The notes under the pieces were generated by a model, which saw only the letters and a list, made by a program, of their open reading frames with translations, had not been told where the DNA came from and made no database searches. DNA of 64,000 bases, taken from the NCBI GenBank assembly GCA_965261395.1, contig OZ253462.1, positions 5,728,001 to 5,792,000 on the forward strand, given 5' to 3'. This DNA comes from Candidatus Latescibacterota bacterium (GTDB taxonomy: Bacteria > Latescibacterota > UBA2968 > UBA8231). The position numbers were made by a program, and so were the translations under genes. Of this stretch, positions 28,682 through 39,195 are shown one piece after another (the stretch's first letter is position 1; every line of letters starts with the position of its first letter).

Positions 28682-31030
28682 ATGGCGTCCGAAGGCGCAG
28701 TCGCACACCGCTTTGAAGATATGTTGGCGCAGCTCGAAGGTCACGGGCTCAAGCGCAACGGCCACGACGCTCTCTTGGTCCGCGCCGCTGATGCCGAAAC
28801 CTATTACGGGGACAACGACCTCGCCATCGACGTTTTGCGCAACAAGTACTTGGCACCCGGCGAGACCGGGCCGCTGCACATCTGGGACCGCATCGCCCGG
28901 GCCATGGCCTCGGTGGAGAAGGACCCCCAATACTGGTACGACCGTTTCTTCTCGCTGTTGATGGACTTCAAGTTCATCCCCGGCGGGCGCGTCATGCACG
29001 GCGCTGGCCGCGACGAGGCTAGGCGCAAGCCAACGCTGTCCAACTGCTATGTCATCCCCATCGAAGAGGATAGCCTAGAGGGCATCTATCGCTGTCTGAG
29101 CGAGTCAGCGATGGTGTATCGCACGGGTGGCGGCGTCGGCACGGACTTGTCGATTCTCAGGCCGCAGGGGGCCCCGGTCAACGCCACGGTGGATGCCTCG
29201 CCGGGTTGCACCGCCTTTATGAACCTGCTCTCCGAGAGCACCAACGCCGTCTCCCAAGCCGGCCGTCGCGGTGCCCTGATGCTGACTTTGCGGGTCGATC
29301 ATCCCGATATCGAAGACTTCATCACCATCAAGAACGACGCCAACCGCACCAAAGTGCAGTACGCTAACATCAGCGTGCTGATTACCCACGAGTTCATGCA
29401 GGCTGTATTGGCCGACTCGGACTTTGACTTGCGCTGGGATGGCAAGGTATTTCGCACGGTCAAGGCGCGCCAATTGTGGGACAAGATCATCGCCAATGCC
29501 CACGCCAGCGCCGAGCCGGGGCTTATTTTTTGGGACACGATGCGCGAGTATCACAACGTCGAATACGCCAATCCGCTCACTAGCACCAACCCCTGCGGCG
29601 AGCAGCCGCTGGCGTCGTACACGGCCTGCAACCTAGGCAATCTCAATTTGGTTAACTTCGTCCGTGCCGACGGCGAGCTCGACTACGAGGAGTTGGGGCA
29701 GGCCGCCCGCGTGGCGACCCGCTTTTTGGACAACGTCATTGATTACAACGTAGACAACCATGCCTTGCCCAAAATTCGGGAAGCCGTAGCCTCCGATCGC
29801 CGGGTGGGTTTAGGCATCACCGGCATGGCCGATGCGATGGTCTTGATGCAGAGTAAGTACGATTCGGACGAGGCCCTGGAAATCATCGACCGCATTATGG
29901 CCACTATCTGCCACAATGCCTATGAAATGTCCGTCGAGTTGGCCCGTGACAAGGGAGCCTTTCCGCTTTTCGACTGGGAGGGCATCAAGCAGAGCAAATT
30001 CATCCAGAGCCTACCTCAAGCGCTGCAAGAGAAAATCGCCGAGCACGGCCTGCGCAATTGCACCTTGATTACGATGCCGCCGGTGGGTACGGGTTCCATC
30101 GTGGCGCAGACGAGTTCGGGGATTGAGCCGATCTTCTGCACTAGCTACACCCGCCGGGTAAAGCAGGACGATGGCGAGAGTTTCCGCGAATACAAGGTCT
30201 ATCACCCGCTCATCCAGCGCGTCTTCGGCGGAGACGAGGACCTGCCCAATTACGTCGTGACGGCCCACGAAATCGACCCCTACTTCCGAGTCAAGATGCA
30301 GGGTGTGATCCAGAAGTACACCGATAGTAGCATTTCTTCGACTATCAATCTGCCCGAAGACATTGCTATAGAGACGGTCGCCGACATCTACATCACCGCG
30401 TACAAGGAGGGCCTCAAGGGCGTGACGGTGTACCGCGAGGGCAGCCGCGAGGGCATCCTGCAGACCGAGGGCCAATCCGACAAGAAAGAAGCCCCGGCTG
30501 CGGAGATCCCCGACTACATGGGGCCGGACGGCTTTCTCCACCGTCGCCGCCGCCCAGCGGTCACTGCGGGTATCACCGAGCGGATCAACACCGGCGAGGG
30601 CAAAATCTACGTCACAATTAACGAAGACGAGTACGGGATATGCGAAGTCTTCAGTACCATCGGCAAGTCTGGCGGCAACGCCGCAGCTCAGTCTGAGGCC
30701 ATCAGTCGGCTAATTTCGCTGGTGCTGAGTTCGGGGGTTGATCCTCAGGAAGTTATCAGCGAGTTGAAGGGCATTTCAGGTCCAAACCCGGTCTGGGAGA
30801 ACGGCGAGTTGATCCTGTCTACGCCCGATGCCATTGGCAAGGCGATGGAGCGCTATTTGCAGCGGAAGGCAGGCAAGCAGCTTGATGCTGTCGCCCCCGA
30901 GGACGTACCGTCCAGTTTTGTCGAGAGCAGCGAGCCGAAGACGCTGACTACCTGTCCAGAGTGCGGGTCGACGGTATCGTATGAAAGTAGCTGTCTGATG
31001 TGCAAGCACTGCGGGTGGTCTAAGTGTTGA
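28682..31030 (+). CDS. nrdJ: Class II adenosylcobalamin-dependent ribonucleotide reductase with C-terminal TSCPD/zinc-ribbon domain
   Basis: SNCYV, GGGVG, GRRGA, TNPCGEQ, CNLG, SSGIEP, KGVTVYR, CPECG...CKHCGWSKC; no ATP cone. Confidence 0.95.
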   Translation: MASEGAVAHRFEDMLAQLEGHGLKRNGHDALLVRAADAETYYGDNDLAIDVLRNKYLAPGETGPLHIWDRIARAMASVEKDPQYWYDRFFSLLMDFKFIPGGRVMHGAGRDEARRKPTLSNCYVIPIEEDSLEGIYRCLSESAMVYRTGGGVGTDLSILRPQGAPVNATVDASPGCTAFMNLLSESTNAVSQAGRRGALMLTLRVDHPDIEDFITIKNDANRTKVQYANISVLITHEFMQAVLADSDFDLRWDGKVFRTVKARQLWDKIIANAHASAEPGLIFWDTMREYHNVEYANPLTSTNPCGEQPLASYTACNLGNLNLVNFVRADGELDYEELGQAARVATRFLDNVIDYNVDNHALPKIREAVASDRRVGLGITGMADAMVLMQSKYDSDEALEIIDRIMATICHNAYEMSVELARDKGAFPLFDWEGIKQSKFIQSLPQALQEKIAEHGLRNCTLITMPPVGTGSIVAQTSSGIEPIFCTSYTRRVKQDDGESFREYKVYHPLIQRVFGGDEDLPNYVVTAHEIDPYFRVKMQGVIQKYTDSSISSTINLPEDIAIETVADIYITAYKEGLKGVTVYREGSREGILQTEGQSDKKEAPAAEIPDYMGPDGFLHRRRRPAVTAGITERINTGEGKIYVTINEDEYGICEVFSTIGKSGGNAAAQSEAISRLISLVLSSGVDPQEVISELKGISGPNPVWENGELILSTPDAIGKAMERYLQRKAGKQLDAVAPEDVPSSFVESSEPKTLTTCPECGSTVSYESSCLMCKHCGWSKC

Positions 31031-31061
31031 ACTAAAGCCGAACAGTGCTTTTTGATTGAGG

Positions 31062-31102
31062 CGAGGACGTCGTCGGGAGACCGGCGGCGTCCTCGTTTTT
31101 TT
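31062..31102 (+). terminator. Rho-independent terminator after nrdJ
   Basis: CGAGGACGTCGTCGG-gaga-CCGGCGGCGTCCTCG followed by a T7 tract. Confidence 0.9.
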
Positions 31103-31859
31103 ATTCCAACTCCAGCACCAATCCGTCGTAGGCGAGTTGTACGCTTGGGGGGAGTTCGGCATTGGTCTGATAGTGGTCGAGGTCGTGGGCTATATGCGTG
31201 AAGTAGGTGCGAGCGGGCTGGAGCTCGTCGGCGATGGCCAATGCCTGCTCGACGTTGAAATGAGTGGGATGTTCTTTGTGGCGCAGTGCGTCGAGGACCA
31301 AGACCTCTAGGCCGCGCAGCCGCGCCATGGCCGCCTCGGGGATGTAATTCGTGTCCGTGGCGTAGGCGAAGTTGCCGATGCGGAAGGCGAGGACCGGAGC
31401 GCGACCGTGATAGATGGTGAGCGGCTCGATGGCGATCCCACAGGCTGTGAACGGTCCGGCAATCGGACGCAGGGCAATCTGCGGCGTCGCGCTGGGGGCG
31501 TCTTTGTCAAAGGCGTAGTCGAAGACTCGTTCGATACGTGCAATGGTGTGCGGGTCCGCATAGCAGGGCAGCGGCTGGTCGCGGTCAAAGCAATAGGAAC
31601 GCACGTCGTCGAGGCCGTGCAGATGATCGGCGTGGCCGTGGGTCAATAGCACGCAATCGACTTGGTCGATCTGATAGCGCAAGGCTTGGGTTCTGAGATC
31701 TGGGCCGGTATCTACGAGGATTGACCGGCCTTGATGTGCTAGGTGTAAGGCGCAGCGCAAGCGCTTGTTTTTCGGGTCGTCCGAGGAGCAAACCGGGCAG
31801 TAGCAGCCGATGCGCGGCACCCCGATAGAGGTACCGGTGCCGAGGAAGGTGACTTTCAT
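31101..31859 (-). CDS. MBL-fold metallohydrolase, PhnP family
   Basis: FLGTGTSIGVP, CYCPVC, DTGPD, THGHADHLHGLDD, HPTH, AYDG. Confidence 0.9.
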   Translation of the reverse strand: MKVTFLGTGTSIGVPRIGCYCPVCSSDDPKNKRLRCALHLAHQGRSILVDTGPDLRTQALRYQIDQVDCVLLTHGHADHLHGLDDVRSYCFDRDQPLPCYADPHTIARIERVFDYAFDKDAPSATPQIALRPIAGPFTACGIAIEPLTIYHGRAPVLAFRIGNFAYATDTNYIPEAAMARLRGLEVLVLDALRHKEHPTHFNVEQALAIADELQPARTYFTHIAHDLDHYQTNAELPPSVQLAYDGLVLELE

Positions 31860-32611
31860 GCCGGTACGGCGGGCAGGGTCAGAATCCGCGGGCCGTCCTC
31901 AGTAATGGCGACGGTGTGCTCGGCGTGGGCGGCGAGCGAGCGGTCGGAGGTAAGGGTGGTCCAATCGTCGAGATGGTCGATTTGAGGGTCGCCTAGGCAG
32001 AGGATTGGCTCGATGCAAAATACGTGCCCGGGTTTGAGCAGAGGACCTTTGCCGGGCGGGCCATAATTGCCGATATAGGGCGACTCGTGCAGCTCGCGGC
32101 CAATGCCGTGGCCCCCGTACTCGCGCACTACGGCCAGCCCTTGGCTTTCGGCGTGGCACTGGATGGCGTGCGAGATGTCGGAGAGTCGTCCACCGGACCG
32201 CGCTCGGTCAATGCCCTGTGCGAGGCAGGCGAGGGTGCCATTGATGAGGTGCTGCGCCTGCGCGCTGATCGCCCCGACCGCGACGGTAAAGGCTCCGTCG
32301 CCATAGTAGCCGTCGAGATAGGCACCTACGTCAATGCTGACGATGTCGCCCTCTTGCAGCGGGGTTTCGTCGGGGAATCCATGCACGATTGCGGCATTTA
32401 CTGAAGTACAAATCGAATAGGGGAAGCCGTGGTATCCCTTGAAGGCGGGCACAGCCCCTAATGCGCGGATTTCGGCTTCGGCGACTTGGTCCAGCTCGAG
32501 GGTGCTGATGCTAGGCACGATGAGCGCTTCGAGCTTCTGCTGAACGGCGAAGACGATCTCGCAGCTAGTGGCAATGTGCTCTATTTCGCTTGATTTCTTG
32601 CGGTGGATCAA
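31856..32611 (-). CDS. map: Methionine aminopeptidase type I
   Basis: CTSVN..IVHG, SIDVG, GDGAFT, GHGIG..LHE, IEP, AHAEHT; TTG start 32611 inferred. Confidence 0.95.
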   Translation of the reverse strand: MIHRKKSSEIEHIATSCEIVFAVQQKLEALIVPSISTLELDQVAEAEIRALGAVPAFKGYHGFPYSICTSVNAAIVHGFPDETPLQEGDIVSIDVGAYLDGYYGDGAFTVAVGAISAQAQHLINGTLACLAQGIDRARSGGRLSDISHAIQCHAESQGLAVVREYGGHGIGRELHESPYIGNYGPPGKGPLLKPGHVFCIEPILCLGDPQIDHLDDWTTLTSDRSLAAHAEHTVAITEDGPRILTLPAVPA

Positions 32612-32770
32612 GGTCCAAACCCCAGAGAATGCGGCGCGCAATACCGGCTGCGTTACAAAAAGGCTGCGGCTCTGGTTTGTCAAGAGCGCGTCTTGCTATT
32701 GTCTGAGGGCGTCTATATATTCAGGAAATTACACAACTTACGACTTAAGCACTATCAACCGAGGGGGCAG

Positions 32771-35062
32771 ATGAGCAAGTCATTGGTGGTTGTCGAGTCA
32801 CCGGCTAAGGCCAAGACAATCAACAAAATCTTGGGCAAAGATTTTGTGGTTAAACCCTGTATGGGGCACGTGCGGGATCTGCCGCCGAAAGAACTGGGCA
32901 TCGACATTGAAGACGGCTTCAAGCCGCGCTACGTAACGATTCGGGGCAAGGGCAAGATCCTCAGCGGCCTCCGCAAAGCAGCCCAAGCCGCCGATACTAC
33001 CTACTTGGCCACCGACCCCGACCGCGAGGGCGAGGCGATTGCTTGGCACGTGGCCCAAGCCATCACTCGCAAGGACGACAACGTCAAGCGAATTCTCTTC
33101 AACGAGATCACGCCTAAGGCAGTGCGCGATTCGCTGGAACACTCGGGCGTACTGGACCTTCACAAGGTCGATGCCCAACAGGCGCGACGCGTGCTTGACC
33201 GCTTAGTCGGCTATGAGATCAGCCCGCTCTTGTGGAAGGTCATACACTCCGGGCTCTCAGCCGGCCGAGTGCAGTCCGTAGCCGTGCGGTTAATCTGCGA
33301 CCGCGACCGCGAGATCAAGGCATTTGATCCTCAGGAGTACTGGTCAATCGAGGCCCTTTTGGGCCGAGAGAGCCGAGGTTCGTTCTGGGCGCGCCTGTTG
33401 GCCAAAGACGGCGAGAAGCTCGACATCGTCAATCAGGAGCAGGCCGATCGCATCGCCGCTGAGCTAGCCGAGCAGGACATAGCGGTCAAAGAGGTCAAGC
33501 AGCGCGACCAAGTGCGCCGCCCGGCCCCGCCCTTCACGACCAGCACCTTGCAGCAAGAATGCGCTCGGCGGATGCGCTTTTCGGTTAAGCGCACTATGGC
33601 GGTAGCTCAGCAGCTATACGAAGGCATTGAGGGCGAGGGCGAAACCCGTGGTCTGATTACTTATATGCGCACGGATTCGGTGCGCGTTGCAGCCGATGCC
33701 ATCGCCGAGGTGCGTGAGCAGATCGACGCCCTCTACGGCCGCGAGTACGTACCCGAGGCTCCCAACCACTACCGGACCAAGAGCAGCGCCCAAGACGCTC
33801 ACGAGGCCATACGCCCCACCTCTGTGGCTTTGCATCCAGACGAGATCAAGCACTTGCTCAAGCCGGATCAGGCGCGGGTGTACTCCCTGATCTGGAAGCG
33901 ATTCGTGACCTCGCAGATGAAGCCGCAGGTGCTCAGCATCACCACGGCCAATGTCGATGCCGGCCCCTATTTACTTCGAGCCACGGGTAGCGTCGTCAAG
34001 TTTCCGGGCTTTACCCTGCTCTACAGCGAGAGCAAGGAAGAAGAGGACAAGGCGCAGACCGTGTCTAATGGCACGGACCAGAGGGAAGAAGGGGACGCGT
34101 CGCGGGCTATGCCCGCTGACATTGCCGCGGGCGAGGTGCTGAAGTTAGAGCAACTCGCTCCCGAGCAGCACTTTACCAAGCCGCCGCCGCGCTTTACCGA
34201 GGCCTCTCTTGTTAAAGAACTAGAATCCGAGGGCATTGGCCGTCCCTCGACCTACGCGCAGATCATCACTACCATCCTCGACCGCAAGTACGTCGAAAAG
34301 GTCGATAACCGCTACTTCGTGGCCACCGAGCGCGGCCAGACCGTCAACAAACTTCTCGTCGATACCTTTCCACACCTCTTTAACGTGACTTTCACGGCCC
34401 ACATGGAGGACAAGCTCGATCAGGTCGAAGATGGAGGTACCAATTGGGTGGAGATCGTGCAGCAGTTTTACGACTCGTGGAAGGGCGATTTGGACACGGC
34501 CAACAGCCGCCGCAAAGAACTAAAGCGCGCGCTGCAAGAAGTGTCGGAGGAAAACTGCGAGGAGTGCGGGGCCGACATGGTCGTCAAGTGGGGCCGCAAC
34601 GGCCGCTTCCTCGCTTGCTCTGGTTATCCCAAGTGCAAAAACACCAAGCCCCTCGAAGAGCAAAGCGAGGTGGAGACCGACGAGGTTTGCGATCAGTGCA
34701 GCGCGCCCATGGTCGTCAAGACAGGCCGCTATGGCCGCTTTTTGGCTTGTAGCGGCTATCCAGATTGCAAAAACGTCAAGCCCTATGTCCTCGGGATCCA
34801 ATGTCCAGAGGACGGCTGCGAGGGCCAGATCGTGGAGAAGCGGTCGCGCAAAGGCAAGGTCTTCTTTGGTTGCAGCACCTATCCCGAGTGCAAGTACGCC
34901 AGCTGGGACCGCCCCATAGACCGCAAGTGCACGCATTGCGACGCTGCCTTGCTCTACGAAAAAAGTAGCCGCTCGGGCCCTTCTTCCATGTACTGCCGAG
35001 TATGCGGCACTGAGTACGAAAGTGAAGAGGGCGAAAAAGACAAAAGCGTCCAAGCTGCCTAA
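32771..35062 (+). CDS. topA: DNA topoisomerase I
   Basis: VESPAKAK, DPDREGE, SAGRVQS, ITYMRTDS, GIGRPSTYA, C-terminal zinc ribbons. Confidence 0.98.
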   Translation: MSKSLVVVESPAKAKTINKILGKDFVVKPCMGHVRDLPPKELGIDIEDGFKPRYVTIRGKGKILSGLRKAAQAADTTYLATDPDREGEAIAWHVAQAITRKDDNVKRILFNEITPKAVRDSLEHSGVLDLHKVDAQQARRVLDRLVGYEISPLLWKVIHSGLSAGRVQSVAVRLICDRDREIKAFDPQEYWSIEALLGRESRGSFWARLLAKDGEKLDIVNQEQADRIAAELAEQDIAVKEVKQRDQVRRPAPPFTTSTLQQECARRMRFSVKRTMAVAQQLYEGIEGEGETRGLITYMRTDSVRVAADAIAEVREQIDALYGREYVPEAPNHYRTKSSAQDAHEAIRPTSVALHPDEIKHLLKPDQARVYSLIWKRFVTSQMKPQVLSITTANVDAGPYLLRATGSVVKFPGFTLLYSESKEEEDKAQTVSNGTDQREEGDASRAMPADIAAGEVLKLEQLAPEQHFTKPPPRFTEASLVKELESEGIGRPSTYAQIITTILDRKYVEKVDNRYFVATERGQTVNKLLVDTFPHLFNVTFTAHMEDKLDQVEDGGTNWVEIVQQFYDSWKGDLDTANSRRKELKRALQEVSEENCEECGADMVVKWGRNGRFLACSGYPKCKNTKPLEEQSEVETDEVCDQCSAPMVVKTGRYGRFLACSGYPDCKNVKPYVLGIQCPEDGCEGQIVEKRSRKGKVFFGCSTYPECKYASWDRPIDRKCTHCDAALLYEKSSRSGPSSMYCRVCGTEYESEEGEKDKSVQAA

Positions 35063-35080
35063 GTATTCACTCTTTCCTCC

Positions 35081-36052
35081 TTGGCTCGCTACGCCATGGC
35101 CGATGCACCGCAGAGCGCTCTGCACGCCGGATCTAGCCTTGAAGAGGGCATTGCCCGCTTCTTGGAATACCTGCACAAAGAGCGCAACTGCGCCGAGTAC
35201 ACCCTCAGTTCATATCGCTGCGACTTGCAGCAATTCGCCCGCTTTCTCTACCCCCGAGTCGATAATTTGCAACTGCCGCTCCGAGTGGTGCAGCGCGAGC
35301 AGGTGCAGTCCTTTGTCTCCGATCTAGAAGAAAAGGGTCTCAAGGCCAGTACCGTCGCTCGCAAATTGGCGGCCCTGCGTTCGCTCTTCCGCTATCTCTG
35401 CCGCGAGGGCGCGCTCGTCGCCAACCCGGCTGGTGCGGTGGCATCGCCCTTGGTCGAGCGCGCATTGCCGCGGCACTTGCCCGTAGAGCAAGTCGCCGAG
35501 GCCATGGAGGTGCCTACGACTGAGCGGTTCAGCGGCATGCGGGATCGGGCCATTCTAGAGGTATTCTACGGAGGGGGCATTCGCCTCGGCGAGTTGGTGG
35601 CACTTAACCTCTCGTCGCTGGATTTGGCCGAAGGCACCATCAAGGTGATGGGCAAGGGCCGCAAGGAGCGCATCGCCCCCATTGGTGAGAAGGCGCAAGA
35701 GGCACTCAAAGCGTACCTGCAACGCCGCGCCGAGGTTCTGCTCGAATGCGATATGTCGCAAGTAGAAGCGGGTGCCATCTTCCTCAACGGGCGCGGCAAG
35801 CGCTTGAGCCGCCGCACCGTGCAGCGCATCGTTGAGCGCCATCTGCGCGCAGTCTCAGAAGACGATTCGCTCAGCCCGCATCGCCTGCGCCACTCCTTTG
35901 CCGCTCATCTCCTCGACGCTGGTGCCGATTTAGTGGCCGTCAAGGAGCTCCTCGGGCACGCGACGTTGGCCGCGACTCAGAGTTATACCGAAGTGAGCTT
36001 GGAGCACCTGCAAGCCATCTACGCCGAGGCCCATCCGCACGGTGCCGATTAG
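35081..36052 (+). CDS. xerC: Tyrosine recombinase XerC
   Basis: RDRAILE, GIRLGEL, GKGRKER, HRLRHSFA, LLGH...TQSYT; downstream of topA (housekeeping context). Start may be 35096. Confidence 0.88.
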   Translation: MARYAMADAPQSALHAGSSLEEGIARFLEYLHKERNCAEYTLSSYRCDLQQFARFLYPRVDNLQLPLRVVQREQVQSFVSDLEEKGLKASTVARKLAALRSLFRYLCREGALVANPAGAVASPLVERALPRHLPVEQVAEAMEVPTTERFSGMRDRAILEVFYGGGIRLGELVALNLSSLDLAEGTIKVMGKGRKERIAPIGEKAQEALKAYLQRRAEVLLECDMSQVEAGAIFLNGRGKRLSRRTVQRIVERHLRAVSEDDSLSPHRLRHSFAAHLLDAGADLVAVKELLGHATLAATQSYTEVSLEHLQAIYAEAHPHGAD

Positions 36053-37607
36053 CGTCTTGGTCGCGCTGTTGTTGGGTTGCGCCAAAGTCGGGCCGCCCAC
36101 CGGAGGGCCGGTGGACAAAGAGCCGCCCCGCATTCTTTTTCACTACCCGGAGCGCGACGCCTTGGAAGTGGCGCGGGATACCGAAGTAGAAATCGCCTTC
36201 AGCGAACCCATGAATCGCGAGCAGACCGAAGCCGCTATTTTTACCTCGCCGGCCGGGCCGCTGCAACTGTCGTGGCGCGGCCCGCGACTGCGCATTGCCA
36301 TGCCCTTGGCCGAGGAGCGGACCTATGTGCTGACGGTGGGTACCGGAGCGCGAGATTTGCGGGGCAATGCCTTGGCGAACTCCTTTACCTTGGCTTTTGC
36401 CACCGGCTCGCAGCTCGATCAAGGCTTGGTGCGGGGCCGGGTGTACCAAGAGCATCAACCCGTGGCCGGTGCCCATGTTTGGGCCTATGACTTGGGAACC
36501 TTTGGCGGGGAGGTGGGATTGGACGAACCATCCTATCAGACTCAGAGCGGTGCCAATGGGGGCTACGAGTTTGCCCGCCTCGCTCCAGGCCACTATCGGG
36601 TGCTGGCCTTTAGGGACAAAAATCGCAACGCCCTGCCAGACGCCGACGAGTGGCTGGCCTTGCCAGCGTCTCCTGTGGAAGTGGGGGAGGAAGAGGTGCA
36701 GGCTGGCGATTTGGCCCTCGTGCGCCGACAGAAGATGTCCGCGCCCGTACTCAAGCGGGTCCAGGCCATACACACTGAGCGGCTGATGTTGCTGTTTGCC
36801 GAGGCTGTAGATCCACAAGATTTAGAGTTGGAAGTTGCTGGGCTGGCGGTGGAGTCTCTGTACGCGGCCCCTGACGCAGAGGAGAAAATTTACGTCGAGA
36901 CGGCAGCACAAGAGCCGGGTCGGCGCTATGCCGTACAGCTCGCATTCGCCGGTGTGCCCGTGCAGTGGGACGCGCCTGTTCGAGGCAGTACGCAACCCGA
37001 CCGCAAGCCGCCCTCTTTCGTCGCGCTGGCTAGGAATCGACTGGTCCCAAGAGATGCTTTGGACTTGCTTTTTTCTGAGGCCATGCAGCCGGCCGCGTTG
37101 GAAGGGTTCTGGGCGGAGAGCGATTCGACGCAATCACTAGCCGGGGATTGGCTGTGGCCGGTGCCCAACTGCGCCCGTTTCACGCCCACCGAACCGCTGG
37201 CACCGGGTGCGTATCGGCTCGTGGGGCCGGCCGCTCGGCTCGTGGACCGGGCCGGCAATGGCCTCGCCGACAGCTTGCTCGCGCTCTCGTTTGCGGTCGG
37301 CGTAGAGACCGCGGCGATTCGGGGGCAGGTGCAGGCCGGGGAAATGGGTCCCGTCCGGGTCGCGGCCATCAACGAGGACGGGCGGACGTACGCCGAGTGG
37401 GCCGATGAAGATGGGCAGTTTGCTCTGGAGGGCCTGCTGGCTGGTACCTACTCGCTATGGACATTTGTAGATCGCGACGGCGACGGCGAACGCGGCAGCG
37501 GCTCGCTCAGCCCCTTTCGCTATGCTGAACCTTATGGACGCTATGGCGAGCCGATTGACTTAGACGCGGGCCAAATCGTCGAGGAGGTAGTTATCCCATG
37601 CCGCTGA
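36042..37607 (+). CDS. Ig-like (Big_5) domain lipoprotein
   Basis: Lipobox LLGC, GGPVDKEPP, FSEPM, DLRGN...FATG; second Ig-like repeat. Confidence 0.8.
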   Translation: MPISVLVALLLGCAKVGPPTGGPVDKEPPRILFHYPERDALEVARDTEVEIAFSEPMNREQTEAAIFTSPAGPLQLSWRGPRLRIAMPLAEERTYVLTVGTGARDLRGNALANSFTLAFATGSQLDQGLVRGRVYQEHQPVAGAHVWAYDLGTFGGEVGLDEPSYQTQSGANGGYEFARLAPGHYRVLAFRDKNRNALPDADEWLALPASPVEVGEEEVQAGDLALVRRQKMSAPVLKRVQAIHTERLMLLFAEAVDPQDLELEVAGLAVESLYAAPDAEEKIYVETAAQEPGRRYAVQLAFAGVPVQWDAPVRGSTQPDRKPPSFVALARNRLVPRDALDLLFSEAMQPAALEGFWAESDSTQSLAGDWLWPVPNCARFTPTEPLAPGAYRLVGPAARLVDRAGNGLADSLLALSFAVGVETAAIRGQVQAGEMGPVRVAAINEDGRTYAEWADEDGQFALEGLLAGTYSLWTFVDRDGDGERGSGSLSPFRYAEPYGRYGEPIDLDAGQIVEEVVIPCR

Positions 37608-37954
37608 GACTGATCGAGTTGACGTTTTTGGTCTTGGTGCTCATAGGGTTAGGGCTTGTGCATTTTTCTCGCTTGACCCCTGATGAGCGACGCTTGATCC
37701 AATTGGAGGCGCGATTAGAGCAACTCTACTTGGTCGAAAAGGCCTATTTTGCCGAGCACGGCCGCTACTTTGACCCGAATGACGAGAAGGTGCGGCGCGC
37801 TTGGTGGCGGGTAGGGGGTTACGATTGGGAGTTATGGCCCGTCACCGAGGGGTTCTGGTTGGTGGTGCGGGCCGACTTGGACGGGGACGGGCAGATTGGG
37901 GCTTGGACCATAGATTCTGTACATTCGCAAGTGAAGATCCTGAACCGAGACTGA
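37598..37954 (+). CDS. Small pilin-like membrane protein
   Basis: LIEL-containing hydrophobic N-terminus, EKAYFAEHGRY, ADLDGDG..WTID. Confidence 0.55.
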   Translation: MPLRLIELTFLVLVLIGLGLVHFSRLTPDERRLIQLEARLEQLYLVEKAYFAEHGRYFDPNDEKVRRAWWRVGGYDWELWPVTEGFWLVVRADLDGDGQIGAWTIDSVHSQVKILNRD

Positions 37955-38023
37955 GCAAAGTAGTATCCGCCGGCCGCTTCACCGTGCCCAACGGGCACGA
38001 TAGGGGTCGATGCAACAGACCCG

Positions 38024-38815
38024 TCAGATGGCGATTTCCATGGGGATGGAGGGATGGGGATGGTAGTTGAGCAGTTTGAAGTCGTCGTAGCGGAAGTCGG
38101 AAATCGACTGGCCGCGATTTTTAATGGTCATCACCGGCTGTGGCCGGGGGGTGCGAGCGAGTTGTTGCCGCAGCGCGGCGACGTGGTTCTGATAGATGTG
38201 GACGTCGCCGCCAGTCCAGACGAATTCCCCGGGCTGCAAGTCGCAGACTTGGGCCATCATCATGGTCAGCAGGCTGTAGCTGGCGATATTGAATGGCACG
38301 CCCAGCCCCACGTCGCAAGAGCGTTGATAGAGCTGACAGGAAAGCCGACCGCGGGCGACGAAAAACTGGAACAGGCAGTGGCAGGGCATGAGGGCCATTT
38401 GCTCCAACTCGCTGACGTTCCACGCGCTGACGAGGATGCGGCGCGAATCGGGATTGGTCTTAATCAGATCAATGGCGCGTTGAATTTGGTCGATGGGGCC
38501 GTCTGGGCTCGACCACTCGCGCCACTGCTTGCCGTAGATGGGGCCGAGGTCGCCGTTTTCGTCGGCCCATTCGTCCCAGATGCTGACGTTTTCCTTTTGC
38601 AAATAGGCCGTGTTGGTGTCGCCCTTGAGGAACCACAAGAGTTCGTGGATGATGGAGCGCAAATGCAGCTTCTTGGTGGTCAGGCAGGGGAATCCATCCG
38701 CGAGATCAAAGCGTATCTGATAGCCAAAGATGGCGAGGGTGCCGACGCCCGTGCGGTCGGCTTTGGCCGCGCCGTGGTCGAGGCAATGGCTTACTAGGTC
38801 GAGGTATTGTCGCAT
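38024..38815 (-). CDS. thyA: Thymidylate synthase
   Basis: [44 protein letters not shown]; start ATG 38815. Confidence 0.98.
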   Translation of the reverse strand: MRQYLDLVSHCLDHGAAKADRTGVGTLAIFGYQIRFDLADGFPCLTTKKLHLRSIIHELLWFLKGDTNTAYLQKENVSIWDEWADENGDLGPIYGKQWREWSSPDGPIDQIQRAIDLIKTNPDSRRILVSAWNVSELEQMALMPCHCLFQFFVARGRLSCQLYQRSCDVGLGVPFNIASYSLLTMMMAQVCDLQPGEFVWTGGDVHIYQNHVAALRQQLARTPRPQPVMTIKNRGQSISDFRYDDFKLLNYHPHPSIPMEIAI

Positions 38816-38953
38816 GGTGAAAGCTCTTTTTTCTTTTAGCGGTTTTTCGCACCCTGTCAAAGGCGCTTGTGCGATCGGCAAAGGCCGCGCCGTGGCCGAG
38901 GTGTACCCTATTCTTGGCTCAAAACACATGGCGCAAGCGGGCGGCAGGCAGAG

Positions 38954-38982
38954 TTGACAGGGGTCTGCCCGCCCCGTACTTT
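38954..38982 (+). promoter_or_regulatory. Sigma70-like promoter of tRNA-Cys/Leu
   Basis: TTGACA-N17-TACTTT. Confidence 0.7.
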
Positions 38983-38997
38983 CAAACATTTGTTTGA

Positions 38998-39071
38998 GGC
39001 GACGTGGCCAAGTGGTAAGGCAGGGGCCTGCAAAGCCCTTATCCCCGGTTCGATTCCGGGCGTCGCCTCCA
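38998..39071 (+). tRNA. tRNA-Cys(GCA)
   Basis: GGCGACG/CGTCGCC acceptor stem, CTGCAAA anticodon loop, GTTCGATTC T-arm, CCA. Confidence 0.97.
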
Positions 39072-39086
39072 TTTTTTTATCTGTGC

Positions 39087-39174
39087 GCCGGGGTGGCGGA
39101 ATTGGTAGACGCGGTGGACTTAAAATCCACTGTCCGCTTAGGACGTGCCGGTTCGAGTCCGGCCCTCGGCACCA
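39087..39174 (+). tRNA. tRNA-Leu(TAA)
   Basis: GCCGGGG/CCTCGGC acceptor stem, CTTAAAA loop, long variable arm, CCA. Confidence 0.97.
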
Positions 39175-39195
39175 CGATTCCTTTACTCCTTCCCG

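Noticed and set aside
35081-36052. Tyrosine recombinase as a prophage or island integrase
   Set aside because: XerC-type sequence directly after topA with host codon use; no att sites or mobile genes nearby.
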